A stretch of DNA of 57,382 bases from Octopus sinensis (GCF_006345805.1 NW_021833628.1:1-57382), one strand, 5' to 3'. Shown: positions 25,194-38,561, counted from the first letter of the stretch. Notes: a model not told the origin generated them from the sequence alone. Numbers and translations are program-made.

Positions 25194-26049
25194 TATATAT
25201 ATGTATAAACATAAGCATACATTTATGTCACATATGTTCAATGTTCATACATATAAGTGTATATGAGGTGGGAGTGTGGTAAAAAGAGGATTTTAGGAAT
25301 TTAGAAGAAATGGTAATAAACAGATCGGCAGCAGAACATGGAATTAATGTTGCAAATAGATTAAGTTATTCCTAATGAAATATTCTACACATGTGTTTCA
25401 ATTAATTTCGAAAATAATCAAGATTTTAAAAGGATTTAGTAAAATAACTTTTTTCCTTTTTTCTTCTTTACATTTTTTATTCCATTTCTAAGCTAGTTTT
25501 TGGAAAGCAGCAAAATACAGGAAAAGGAAGAAAAAATCTCCAAAAACCAAAGAATGAAATCTTATACAAAATTCTGATGCAGAAAGTTTTAATTGATGTT
25601 CGAACATTTCAAAACGAGATGGTGTGTATCGTATATTTAACCAAAAGAGATCATCCGTGGGATTTTGGTGCCAGAAGTGTTAATGAAAAAGTTTTAACAC
25701 TTAACACTTCTGTGACAACACTTTTAATGAGATACATTACCCAACGTTTTTTTTCTTTAATTAATCTTCAAAATAGTAAAGAATTTGGCAAGATTTAATA
25801 AGATAAGTCGGTTTGGTTTTCTTTTTAATACAAATTATGATATAGGGTGGAGTATTTAACACAAGGAGTTTTAGGCGATGGGTTTTGTATTATAGGACAA
25901 GAAAAGGCGGGATTTTTTTCCTTTTCATTTATATATGGCTAATTAAAAGTTGGAGGGCGGCGCCTATAGCTCCTTGTAGAGCCTCCAAGACTGATGGGTG
26001 GGAGGGAAGTGGAAATAGCACAACTTAGAGAATGGACACATAATTTGAA

Positions 26050-26720
26050 TGCTTGCGATTGAGCTTAGAGAGAGGGAGAGAGAGAGAGAGGGAGAGAGAG
26101 GGCAGAGAGGGAGAGAGAGATTGCAAGAACATATACACTGAGATATGTATGTCATGGAAGTGAGAAAAGGAGAGCGAGAGAAAGAGCATACGCAATGAGG
26201 TGTGTGTGTGAAGGTGAGAGGGAGAGAGGAAGAAGGGGAAGATGAAGAGGGGTGGAGGGAGGAGTACAGATTAAGAAAGAGAAGCGCACATAAAAGGAGA
26301 GACACGCACAGACAAAGAGACAGAAAGAGAAAGATAAAGAGAGCGTGATGCACAGAGAGAGCTCGAGAGAGAAGCACAAGAGAGAGGGGAAGAGATAGAG
26401 AGAGAAGCGCAGGAAGTAAGAGGGAGACAGGGGGGAAAGATAGAGAGAGAAGCACAGGAAGTGTGTGAGAGAGAGGGAGAGGGAGAAATAGAGAGAGAAA
26501 AAGCACTGATAGAGGGAGAAGCACAGAAAGAGAGAGTGTGTTAGAGAGATAGACGGTGAAAGAAGTACAGAGAGACCAAAATGGAGAGGGAGAGAGGGAT
26601 GGGGGAGAGACAGTGGGAGAGAGAGTGAGAGAGAGGGACAGAGAAGGGGAGATGGCAATAATTGAGAAAGAAGTACACGCAGAGTGAGACAGAAAAACGG
26701 AGCGTGAGAGATAAAGAGAC
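26050..26720. repeat. Purine-rich (GA) low-complexity tract
   Basis: Seen directly; gives spurious L/S/F ORFs on the minus strand. Confidence 0.9.
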
Positions 26721-26954
26721 AGAGGTGAAGGTCTAAAAAATTTTAAGGGTAATCTCCGTTGTTTGTTGCTTTTAGATTTGAATTTATTCCCTGCTGATCG
26801 CTTTTATCTACTAATTACATGGATAACCACAATGAATCGATGTGTTGTTTATTGTTTTTGTTTTGTTTCCAACCAATCTATTTGTTATGTGTGACCCTAT
26901 CCTATATGTATTTAGTGGGCAGAACGCTTCAGTGAGTTACTTCCTGTCAGCCAT

Positions 26955-27615
26955 ATTGATGAGGGGGAGGGGCGAATAAAGAAGGTAGTAAAAAGGGGGA
27001 GAAAGAGATAAGGAGAGGGGAGACAGAACGATAGAGGGAGAGGGATATGGGGGAAGGGAAAGAGAAAGAGATGGAAGGAGGGAAGGAGGGAGAAAGGGAG
27101 AGATGTGGAATGAAAGAGAGAGAGAAAAGTGAGAAAGAGACGGATGAGGCCCAGAGAGAGTGGTAGGGAGAGAGGGAGAGAGGAAGTGAGAGATGCGAGG
27201 GAAGGAGGGAGAAAGAGAGAGATGTGGAATGAAAGAGAGAGAGAAAAGTGAGAAAGAGACGGATGAGGCCCAGAGAGAGTGGTAGGGAGAAAGGGAGAGA
27301 GGAAGAGAGAGAGGGTTTTGGGAAAGAGAAAGAGAGGTGAGGGAATCTGGGAGAAAAGTGAGAGGGGGAAGAGCAAGGAGAGAGTGAAAAAGAGAGGGGT
27401 TACCCAGAGATAGATAGAGAGGGAATGTGAGGGGGATGGAGAGAAAGAGAGAGGGGACGCGGTGAGAGAGTGCGGTGAGAGAGTGCGGTGAGAAAGAGTG
27501 AGGAGGAGAGAGAAAGAGTGGGAAGGAGAGAGAAAGAGAGAGAGGGGGTGGAGAGAAAGAAAGAGAGAGAAGAAGGAAGAGAGACAAAGACATAGAAAGA
27601 GAAATAGAGAGACTC
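26955..27615. repeat. Purine-rich (GA) tract containing a ~119-bp-period internal duplication
   Basis: GAGAGATGTGGAATGAAAGAGAGAGAGAAAAGTGAGAAAGAGACGGATGAGGCCCAGAGAGAGTGGTAGGGAGA occurs near 27098 and 27217. Confidence 0.9.
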
Positions 27616-28121
27616 TATTTTGACCATCAGTCACTGGAAGACAGACTGAGCATGTCGTTAGTCAAATCAGTGATTTAGCACGACTAATCAAGCAAGATTT
27701 ATCGTATCTTCTTCCCGTGGGACATACTGAAAGTGCAAATTTGTCTCCTGAAAACCTCGACGTGGCTGTTAACTAATTATTTATTTTATTTAGTGGAGCT
27801 CTCTACAGTCTGAGCCATAACGAACAGTAGGGACAATTTTTATGTGACCCAATAAATATTATATATCTTTCACTACATTTATTGCCCTCTAAAAATTACT
27901 TAAATAGCGTTAGCGCTTCTAATATATTTGACAGTATTTTTTTTCTTTTCTATAGACGTTGCCTGTCACAGCTTCGATGATATTGCATTTAACACTTCAC
28001 TTAAGCAATAAAATAATACTTTGATGTGCTGTTGTTGTAGAGTGGACATTAGAGTGAACTGGCTCGGCTGACTGACCGACCATTTACATAATTTGTATGT
28101 GGCGTATCTATGCATCTATCC

Positions 28122-28177
<56 letters not shown>

Positions 28178-28690
28178 CGGTCTCTCTTCGTTTGCCTTCA
28201 TTTAATTATGACTCTTGATGTCTGTATACCATACAATGTTACTTGTTTTGTTGTCACTTGATTTTGGGGGGAACCATGGACGATACAACTGATTTGAACT
28301 CAGCAGGATTTGAACTCAGTTTGTCGAAGAACACTTCACTCAACTCCTCGACTGCATTTTTATACTTAAATGTGTTACACTGGATTCTACGGGGAAAAAA
28401 ATTAGACGTCGTCTTGTGACGTAACCGGATATTACTGATGTTGGAGACGGCCATTAGTTATCCGTTTCCTTATACCGAGACATGTGTGACGGCAGCGGCC
28501 ATAGTGGCTGATCAGTGACGGTGCTGATTTGTAAGCATGTGTATTTGTATGTGTGTATGCTTGTGTGTGTGTATGCATGTATCTATGTGTGTATGAGTGT
28601 GCTTATAAGTGTGTTTGTGTTTGTCCGCAATGTTCTAAAAACTGATATTATTTGTTTACGTATATTGTAACTGCTTTTGCCCTACAGAAT

Positions 28691-29012
28691 GAAGGCGCAT
28701 GACACAGTGGTTAGAGCGTAAAGCTCACAATCGTGAGGTTGTGAGCTCGAATCCCGGAGCGGGCTGTGTGTTGTGTTCTTGAGCAAGACACTTTATTTCA
28801 CGTTGCTCCAGTTCACTCAACTGTAGAAATGAGTTGTGATGTTACTGGTGCCAAGCTATATTGGTCATTGTCTTTCCCTTGGATAACATCGGTGGCCTGG
28901 TATGCACAGGTGACTGCTGGCCTCCCTGAAACAACCTTGCCCGGACTTATGTGAAGGAGGGGAACTTTCTAGGTGCAATCTCATGGTCATTTATGACCGA
29001 AGGGAGTCTTTA
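28691..29012 (+). mobile_element. tRNA-headed SINE, family C, full length
   Basis: GAAGGCGCATGACACAGTGGTTAGAGCG (A box), CTCAC-AATC-GTGAG stem, GCTCGAATCC (B box), body matching 1-289. Confidence 0.85.
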
Positions 29013-29899
29013 TGTCCCGTAGAACTTTCTGTCTCGCAGAAGTTCGACAAATTAGGCTCAATGGAATAAATGCCAGACTGAAATAATCCCAGAATGGTCG
29101 CAGTCCAAAGAGTAAGTGTTGTAAAAGAAAGTAAATGATTTTTCACATGCTTAAGAAGCTCGCTTTTCATACACGGTGTTTTGGGATCAGTCCCACTTCG
29201 CGGCACTTTGCCTTGAGCCGACCTAAACCATGTGAGGGAATTTTGTTGACGGAAACAGTTCGCCGTAAAACAGTTTCTTGGGGAGTAACCTGTCAGACAT
29301 CCGATCAAGGTGGTCTTGTGATCTCTTCAATAGTGTATAAATGCTTGGCAGGTCTGCTCGAGGTAAAAGACCTCCGTGTCTGGGACCTTATCTTGTCAGG
29401 TGATTTTCAATAGCTTTCCGAGCACGCTTGGCAGATTAGCTCGTGTGGTACCTTAGCCTTCCGATAACGCATCGGACTGATAGGCCACAGCCAGACACAC
29501 TGAGCCCCGTCTTTTTCCCCCATGTTATATCTTTGCTCAACGTCGGCAACGACGGGCGTACTGATCATGCATCTTCAAGAATTTGTACTCCACCAACGCT
29601 TGGCAACCGGTGTTGGTTTGTTGATGCCTCTCTCTATCTTAGCGGTTTGGCCAAAGAGACCGGTAGATTAAGTAGCAAATTTTAATAAAAATGTGAGGTT
29701 GATTTGTTTGACCAAGCTCTTCAACGGCAGTACGTTAGTATGACTGCTAGTTAATGATAACAGAAAACCGAAATATGTGAATCTGTAAAAGTATCTACTT
29801 TAAGTAATAATAGAAATCACCATCATAATTCTGTGTTTAAATAAAGTTATTACAGCTAACATGACACTAGGGAGACAGTACCTTTATAGTCAAACTGAA

Positions 29900-30200
29900 A
29901 ACGAAGGTTAGTTTTATGGCCAATCTCAGACGTTTATAACCCACCTCACAGCAAAGGTCAGTAATTTTATTGTCAATCTCAGACCTCTGCTTAGTACGTT
30001 TATTTTATGTTGATTGGAACAGCTTTTATCGTTTAATTTTCTTCTCTGCATGGTACCAGATTGTCAGCCGTTTTATAACCAAATTCATAACAGGGGTCAG
30101 TGGTTTTATAACCTACTTCAGACCAAAGGTCTGCGTTTTTATTGCCAATCTCACACCAGAGGCCAATATTTTTATTGCGGACCTTTGGTCAGCAAATTTA
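29900..30200. repeat. Degenerate ~31-33-bp minisatellite
   Basis: Units such as TTTTATGGCCAATCTCAGAC, TTTTATTGTCAATCTCAGACC, TTTTATAACCTACTTCAGACCAAAGGTC, TTTTATTGCCAATCTCACACCAGAGG. Confidence 0.6.
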
Positions 30201-30581
30201 ACGTTTATGTTGATTGGGGCTTTCTTCTCTTATAATTTATTTTACTGCTCTATGCTCTTTTCTCCCTCTGTTTATTAAACCATATATTATCTATCTTTTG
30301 GCTGTTGAATTTTTATCCACGTTCATCTTTGTCCCCCAGCCCTGATCTATCAAAAAAAAAAGGATTCCAGTCATAACGATACTAACTTATTTTCAAACGC
30401 TTTCGACATGACGACTATTCTCTTAGTGTCGCGGATCATCGTTCTGTGTGGATTTGCTGACGTCACTGAACGCACAGTTTCTTTTTTTCCTACTATGAAT
30501 CTAATTGGTGGTCATTTACAGTTATGAAATGAACAGTCAGGAGCACGTTCTTTCCTTCGCCTCCTTTATTTAAACCATCAA

Positions 30582-30992
30582 GGCGGCGAGCTGACAGAAT
30601 CGTTAGCACGCCGGGCGAAATGCATAGCCGTATTTCGTCTGAGGTTACGTTCTAAGTTCAAATTCCGCCGAGCTCGACTTTGCCTTTCATCCTTTCGGGG
30701 TCAATAAATTAAGTACCAGTTACGCACTGAGATCGATGTAATCGACTTAATCCCTTTGTCTGTCCTTGTTTGTCCCCTCTGTGTTTAGCCCTTATGGGTA
30801 AGAAAGAAACATTTTCGTCTGCCGTTACGTTCTGAGTTCAAATTCCGCCAAGGTCGACTTTGCCTTTCATCCTTTCGGGGTCAATAAATTAAGTACCCGT
30901 TCACTGGGGTCGATGTAATCGACTTAATCCCTTTGTCTGTCCTTGTTTGTCTCCTCTGTGTTTGGCCCCTTGTGGGCAGTAAAGAAATATAT
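30582..30992 (+). mobile_element. Family B SINE, full unit (30582-30810) plus a headless tandem second unit (30811-30992)
   Basis: GGCGGCGAGCTGACAGAATCGTTAGCACGCCGGGCG head; the body from TTTCGTCTG to AAAGAAA is repeated. Confidence 0.9.
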
Positions 30993-31864
30993 TTAAACCA
31001 AGCTGCTAAGTTCTTCTTCCTACAAAGTATTCTACTCAATCATGCACTGGTCTTCCACTTAAATAGACCAGTGTGGTTTAGAGGAACTGGAGAGAGACCT
31101 CATTGCCAATTTTGCCGGACGACAATCTGCGTTGAGGCTCTCTCGTACTCTCATATGACTTCCTGTTGAAGCCGTTAATGTTGTTGAGGATGATACCGAT
31201 GAAGATAATTAGAAGTGTGGTGACGAGTAATAATTACACGATTTTTTTAGGATGTCTCCATACAGAGTAACAACCATAGTTCAGAAGTAAGAAAACTCGA
31301 TATAATAGTAGAGGGCCCACCACTAAAAGCGTAAGATAACAGACTTTGCAATTCTATGTAAAGTTGATTTCAAAAAAACTGAATAAATAAATGAATAAAT
31401 AAATAATTAAATAAATAAATAGAGAAATAACAGAACTTAGCAGTACTTAGTGAACATAAAGAACATCAATAGCAAAAATATTAATGTTAATAACACAGTG
31501 AGGAACACTTTTGAACGTAATCCCTGTTGAGTTTGCTTTTTCACGTGATATAGACAAAAATTGACATGCTGATATTCATAACTTCGATCAGTTTTCTTCT
31601 ATAACGTCAATTTCTTTTCACCAGCTTACTCTCTGAATAAACGCAATTGCATTGTTTGTCCATTAGCAATGGAGCTGGTCGGCTGCTTTTATTATCTTAT
31701 TGATAATTAAGTATCATTATTATTATTATATACAATAAAAATGCATTTTACTATAGGCAGACGGTCTAATATTCTGAGGAAGGAATTTAATCGATTCAAT
31801 TCAATTCAATTCAATTTTTATTGGCTCAAAAAGTAAAAGCAAGGCCATGTAGATGGACAAGGAG

Positions 31865-32010
31865 TTATGTATTACATTGACCCCAGTGCTCAGATAGTAA
31901 TTATTTAATCGAACTCAAAACGTTGGAAGGCGGGGTCGAAATTGGTGAGATTCGAACTCAGAATGTAAAGATGCACGAAATGCCGCGGGCTACAGCAAAT
32001 ATTCTGCTCA
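31865..32010 (-). mobile_element. Decayed family B SINE
   Basis: ACATTGACCCCAGTGCTC...GGTCGA...TTCGAACTCAGAATGTAAAGA, the reverse complement of the family body. Confidence 0.6.
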
Positions 32011-32930
32011 ATACCACAGATTTACTTTTCAATTGTTTGATCTTAACCAATCGAGCATGTCCCTTAGTGGCTGACGATATGTGCATCTTTGATCATACGC
32101 AGAAGTAATGGTGGAGCATCATAGCCGTGTGTTGAAAGGAATTCTTAGAGATTTGGATAATTCACCTCTGGAAACATTTGTGTTTCGTTCATCATCCTTA
32201 AACAACTCTTATTCAGGGACCCTTTGAGCGGGATGTGTTACTCGATCGGGAAAAAATTCTAACTGGGCCCAACCTGCAAGGTCATGTATTGTTTATCTTG
32301 ATATGAGATCACCATGTCGCACACATATGGTTGTGATGCATCCCATATCTCTGAATCATTGGAATTTTTTTTCCTTCGTTGACTTAATATGCTACAAAAC
32401 CCATTTTTGGGGTCCGGAAAATGGGGTGGGGTGGAACCCTCGAAAATTTCACCCCACCTCCATTTTCAAATATTTTTTGGTATTTCTTTCTTTATCCATA
32501 ATTTTAGATAACATTTTGCAGAAATCCGTTTTCGAGAGAGCGTGGATTATATTAGATTGAAAATTCAAAGAAGTTTGAAATGAATAAGTGAAAATGCAGA
32601 GGTTATAGAAGTTTATGGTGACGAAGTATGTGGAGATGTAACATACGATAAATTCATCTAAAAAAAAAAAAACACGTTAGAGTTTTTGCGTGTATGTGTG
32701 AAGCGAAGTAAAAGGTATATTAACAAAATATCTTATTCTTACCTCTTAAAATCACTGAATATAATATTTGTAATAATACCGAATAGATTTTTCCCTTTGC
32801 AATTTTTGGCGCCGAAATGTGTTTCATTTTTGTGCGTGTGGAGAGGGAGAGAGAGAGAGAGAGTAGGTGACGAAGTTTACCTAAATATTAAACGGGTAAC
32901 AATCTATCGTAATTATATATATCATTATAC

Positions 32931-33180
32931 ATCATCATCATCATTATCGTTTAAGGTCTGCTTTCCATGCTGCCATAGATTGAACGGTTTGACTAAAAAC
33001 TGGCAAGCCAGGAGACTGCAATGAGACTCCAGTCTGTTCTAGCAAAATTTCAACAGCTGGATGCCGTTCCAAATGCCAGCCACTCCGAGAGGGTAGTGGA
33101 CGCTTTTCGAGTGTGGCTGCAACGGGGGACAATCAGATGACACTGGCATCGATCGCGTTCGAATGGTACTTTTTACGTTC
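32931..33180 (-). mobile_element. RTE-type 3' end (LINE tail or RTE-mobilised SINE) with (GAT)n tail
   Basis: (ATC)n-GTTTAAGGTCTGCTTTCCATGCTG...GCTGGATGCCGTTCCAAATGCCAGCCACT, resembling the TGGATGCCCTTCC.AA.GCCAACC motif of RTE 3' ends (from recall). Confidence 0.6.
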
Positions 33181-34000
33181 AAATGATTCCGGGATGGGGG
33201 AGGGGGTTCACTTTCCCACCCCCTTTTTTCCGAAGAAAAATAAGGAGTTTGTGGCATATTAGGTGGTCAGGGTACTTGAGTCCACGCAAAAAACCCAAGT
33301 TTATTTTTCTTAGAGAAAATCGTGCAGGTGAAAAAAACAAATAATACCAACAAAACTCCCACGAACACAAGACACACTCTATTACAGCAATTATCCTGTA
33401 AAATAAACTTCCACCAGCAGGTCGACTAACCAACGTAGTACACACTTAACACACAATACAAGCAGTGATACAACAAAAGACTGCACGAAAACTCAAGAAA
33501 AAAGAACTAAAGCAACACAATACCGGGAAGAGTCTGCGCTCTCCCAACAATAGAAAAGAACGCAATGCTGCTCAGCCCCCCCCCCCCACCAGCAACATGG
33601 AGGTGTAGCAGGTGATGCAGTAGAAATTTGCCTCAAACTGCTAAAGTTAAACACTTATATAACAACAACAACAACAACAACAACAATGAAGATGATAATA
33701 ATAATGAAAACTGCAACAACGATAACAAGTACAGCAAAGGTAATCATAAATCTATTAATCTTGTTGATATTCTTTATTGTAACTCATATATTTTCGAGCC
33801 AGTTTAGCGAACTATCAAAGGAAGATTTCAATAGTTTGGTATTAAAAGATTTCCATTTCAGTTCTGTTGCGATTTCAATGGACTGATTATTCTTTTTTTT
33901 TTTCCATATAAAGACGCATAAGTATAACATACAATCACAAACAAATAACCACATACGTACACTTAACATGTATACATATACATACATATTATATGTGTGA

Positions 34001-34034
<34 letters not shown>

Positions 34035-34124
34035 CTAATGTAGGATAAAATTTTTATTTTTCGAGAAAAAAATTTTATAAATGGCCAGCATATCAAAAAA
34101 TACCAAGATATTTTGTAAATTATG

Positions 34125-34174
<50 letters not shown>

Positions 34175-34474
34175 ATAAACTTACATACACAGACAGATAG
34201 GTCGTCCAATCGGGAGATCGAAGTACTCTACTAATTTATTTGGAGCTGTATTTAACAACAGGTTGATTCAGCTCAAAATCACATCAAGTTTCATAGACGC
34301 AGAGACGCGATTTCATCCTCTGCTATCGGAGGTCGCAGTCGGTTTATGTGAGTCGCGTGCGTGTGTGTGTGTGTAAATATGTCATCATGTGTGTGCATCC
34401 GTTTTGTTTTATAAGTGAGCAATTTATTAAAATGGGTTTTAATAATTTAAACTTTCACAATGGAGATCCCACAG

Positions 34475-34810
34475 AACGATTAGCACGCCGGTGTAATTGC
34501 TTTACGTTCTGAGTCAAATTCCGCCGAGGACGAATTTGCCCTTCATTTTTTCGAGGTCGATAAAATAAGTACCAGCTGAGCACTGGATGTAATCGACTTG
34601 GCTCCTACACTGAACATGCCGGCTTTGCACCAAAATTTGAAAGCAATATTATGGATTTAATTTCTGAGCAAGTTCTACTGAGGTCCACTTTGCCTTTTAT
34701 ACTTTCTGGGTCGATAAAATAAGTGCCAGTTGAGTACTGGGGTCGATGGTAAACCCTTTATCCCTTTAACCGAAATTGCTGGCATTGTTCCAAAATTTGA
34801 AACAATAATT
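34475..34810 (+). mobile_element. Two decayed tandem family B SINE bodies
   Basis: GTCGATAAAATAAGT.CCAG.TGAG.ACTGG and CCAAAATTTGAAA each occur twice. Confidence 0.65.
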
Positions 34811-34877
34811 TAAGATTTTCACGGCAAGAAATGCAGATAAACCTCAAAAAGGAAAGTAAGTAGTATGACCAACAATT

Positions 34878-35288
34878 CTTTTACTCTTTTATTTGTTTCA
34901 GTCATTTGAATGTGGCCATGCTGGAGCACCACCTTTGGTCGAGCAAATAGACCCCAGGACTTATTCTTTGGAAGCTTGGTACTTATTCTATCGGTTAATT
35001 TTGCCGAACCGCTAAGTTACGGGAACGTAAAAACACCACCATCGGTTGTCAAACGATGTTGGGGGCACAAACACAAACACACAAACATATACACACACAT
35101 ACATATATATATATATACATATATACGACGGACTTCTTTCAGTTTCCGTCTACCAAATCCACTCACAAGGCTTTGGTCGGCCCGAAGCTATAGTAGAAGA
35201 CACTTGCCCAAGGTGCCACGTAGTGGGACTGAACCCGGAACCATGTGGTTGGTAAGCAAGCTACTTACCACACAGCCACTGCTGCACC
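34878..35288 (-). mobile_element. tRNA-headed SINE, family A, full length
   Basis: Reverse complement: GGTGCAGCAGTGGCTGTGTGGTAAG head, CTTGGGCAAGTGTC core-like box, internal (TG/TA)n, tail TGACTGAAACAAATAAAAGAGTAAAAG. Confidence 0.92.
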
Positions 35289-35799
35289 TAAAATTATATT
35301 CTTAACATTCTTTACTTGATAAATAAAAGTAACCAACCGATAAATACCAATAACTGATTTGTGATTCGGCAGTAAAAACAAATGTTTGACAGAATAAATA
35401 CTAGACTGAAGAAAATAATTGCTGGTATCGATTTGTTCAATGAAGTCCTTCAAAGTTGAGCTCCAGCATGGTCGCAGTCCAATGCCTGAAACTTGTAAAA
35501 GATAAAAGTTATGACTATGTGTGGCGCAGACATGGTTATGTGGCTGAGAAGTTCAATTCGCAATCGAGATATTTTCTGAGTGCGGGCCGATTAAGAAGTA
35601 CGTTGGACAATTGTTCTTTTTTTTTTTTTACCGGAACCACTGGATGACGCCGAATAAATCTTTGTGAATCAGTTTGCTGGACGGAGACTGTGACAACCTA
35701 ATGTATGTACATGCATAGATGCATGTACAAACAGACACACTTTCGCACAGAAACCAACACTCACACACACACACACACACACAAGCATACACACACACA

Positions 35800-35948
35800 C
35801 AAACATACACACATACGGCCGGCGTCTTTCAGTCTCCGCCTACCAAATCCACTCAAAAGGCTTTGGTCTACATGAGATTATAGTAGAAGACACTCGCCCA
35901 AGGTACAACGCAGAGAGACCGAAACCGGAATCATGTGGTGGGGAAGCT
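35800..35948 (-). mobile_element. Family A SINE, 5' half, decayed
   Basis: CTACCAAATCCACTCA.AAGGCTTTGGTC..ATAGTAGAAGACACT.GCCCAAGGT. Confidence 0.75.
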
Positions 35949-35949
35949 A

Positions 35950-36325
35950 AGGGGCTAAACATAGAGGGGACAAACAAAGACAGACAAAGGGATTAAGTCG
36001 AATTTGAACTCAGAACGTAGCGGCAGACGAAATACCGCTAAGCATTTCGTCCAGCGTGCTAACGATTCTGCCAGCTTGCTGGCAGACGAAATACCCATTT
36101 CTTTACTACCCACAAGGGGCTAAACACAGAGGGGACAAACAAAGACAGACAAAGGGATTAAGTCGATTACATCGATCCCAGTGCGTAACTGGTACTTAAT
36201 TTATCGACCCCGAAAGGATGAAAGGCAAAGTCGACCTCGCGGAATTTGAACTCAGAGCGTAGCGGCCGGCGAAAAACCGCTAAGCATTTCGTCCAGCGTG
36301 CTAACGATTCTGCCAGCTCGCCGCC
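35950..36325 (-). mobile_element. Family B SINE, full copy (36097-36325) plus an internally deleted tandem copy (35950-36080)
   Basis: CGTGCTAACGATTCTGCCAGCTCGCCGCC end; the second copy jumps from GGATTAAGTCG to AATTTGAACTCAG. Confidence 0.9.
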
Positions 36326-37685
36326 TTAGGGAAACATGCTTCTTACCATACAGCAATGCCTGTGCCTATGATGCGAACATTCTGCGTTCGTTACGTCCAT
36401 TTTGTGACTTTAACGCTCAGCTCGGCAATCCAAACCTCACTCATAATAGTTACGTCACCATTTACTCCTAATTCCCTTCCATTCTCCACAATCACCCACA
36501 CCTGCACACGTACACTTACACGCACACGCATTGATATATATTCTAGAAACATCATTGGCTTCTTTTGATGTTGCTATTCCAATCAGTGACCATTCTTAGG
36601 AATATCAATGGTCCAATCTGTGAAGAACTTTGCGTGTTTAGTTCCTAGATCAATACTACGCAATCTATTCGCCTTATAATCATTGTCCGATAAATTTCAA
36701 AGGATCTGACAGGTATATTGTGAAGACTGGAAGAAGATAAAGCGAGAGAATTTCAATTAGTAACGAACAGCCTATCGTAGTAGGACACAGATGTGTGTTC
36801 CCGAAACACATATGGCTATACAGCTATACGTAAAGGACATGTGTCAACGGAAACGTACGCGCGCACACAGACGCACACACGCACACACATACTCCCACAT
36901 ACACATACACTTACGTAGCTTTATACACACTGTTTCACAGAGTTTGGACATTGAGCTTTAAATTGAATGGCAACGTGCTATGCATTAAACCATCTCATAA
37001 AGTAATGCTTTGCACCCATGTCGTTTCGGGTTCAATTCCATTCCTCGGCAGGCACCTTAGACAGGTATCTTCTATTATAGACCCAGACCAGCTACATCCT
37101 TGTACGTCAATAATTTGGCAAACGGAAACTGAATGGAAGCCCGTCGCACACGCATGTGTCTATGTGCGTCTTTTTGTGTCTGTGTTTGCTGTATATATAT
37201 ATATATGTATATATAATTATGATGGTAAATGCTTTTTATTTTTCATTCCCTTCGAAGTTTATCCCTAATAGTGTTTGGATTTTAGCTGTTCCTTCTAGCG
37301 TGCCAGGTATCCTGTGATGGATACCACTTATGTGTTTAAATGTACACTTTATATATATATATACACACACACATAACATTAATAATGATGACGAGACTGA
37401 AGAGTTTTCATATCCAAATTTTATTTTAAAGTAATTTACAGCATAAATGAAATTTGGATGTGAAAAAAAATCCATTCTCCTTATCATTATTAATATCATT
37501 AATTACTCTACGGAACTTATGCTGTCCTGCACAGGAAATTACCCAACGGGAGAAGTTACCAGGCAACTGAAACCGACTTGAAGGGAAATACGATAATCGT
37601 CGGGATATCCCTTTAAACTCATTTTTGCGATATAAATTCTTTAATTGTTTTGCTTGTTTCAATCTTTTTGTCTGCAGCCATTCCG

Positions 37686-37847
37686 GAGTGCCGCCTTTAA
37701 TCGAACAAATTGATACCATGACTTATTCTTTGTTAGCCTAGAACTTATTCTACCGGCCTTTTTTTACCGAACGGCTAGGTTACGGGGACTAAACACACCA
37801 ACATAGGTTTCAAGTGACTCTGGGGGGCAAGCACAGACCCCCAAATA

Positions 37848-37891
<44 letters not shown>

Positions 37892-38030
37892 CATACATAT
37901 AGGTTGGATTTTAAGATTCCATTTACCAAATTCACTCAAAGCTTCGGTCGGCCCGAGGCTATAGTAGAAGGTACCACGCAGTGGGACCGAACCCAGAGCC
38001 ATGTGATTGGCAAGCAAGCTTCTTATCACT
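37686..38030 (-). mobile_element. Family A SINE, near full length
   Basis: Colinear with 34878-35288. Confidence 0.85.
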
Positions 38031-38034
38031 CATA

Positions 38035-38089
<55 letters not shown>

Positions 38090-38233
38090 ATATATATAAT
38101 ATATATATATATACATATATATAATATATATATATATATATGTATATATATACATATATATATATGTATATATATATACATATATATATATATATTATAT
38201 ATATATGTATATATATATATATGTATATATATG

Positions 38234-38279
<46 letters not shown>

Positions 38280-38561
38280 ATTTCAACAATTGAGGGTAAA
38301 ATTAATTAATTAATCAATTTCACCAAGTATTCAGTATGCAAAGGGACCATTTAAGGCGAATTCAAATTATTACATTATATAAAGGGCTTAGTAAAATAAA
38401 TTACTTTGCCGCATACTGAACTCATTAGAAATAGCAGCTAAAAAACATTTATAAAACTATTTCTAATACTTAAAGAAAACCTCTCTCATATAGTGTTTGC
38501 TCAATTCAACTCACGAAAGTATGGGGGTAGAGACATTAAAAAATCAAATGCAAAGGTTATT

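Noticed and set aside
28254-28454. 66-aa ORF MAVSNIS... as a host gene start
   Set aside because: Its 3' part is a duplicated TGAGTTCAAATC SINE B-box-like sequence, it ends in a stop with no donor site, and I recognise no homology.
28480-28530. 51-nt exon with a GTAAGC donor
   Set aside because: Stops in all three frames and a weak acceptor; cannot be supported as coding.
28691-28770. tRNA gene at the SINE heads (also 5840, 30582, 47604, 52943)
   Set aside because: A and B boxes are present but there is no complete cloverleaf or acceptor stem, and each continues into a repeated SINE body.
29900-30200. CRISPR-like array
   Set aside because: Eukaryotic context, degenerate units, irregular spacing, no cas genes.
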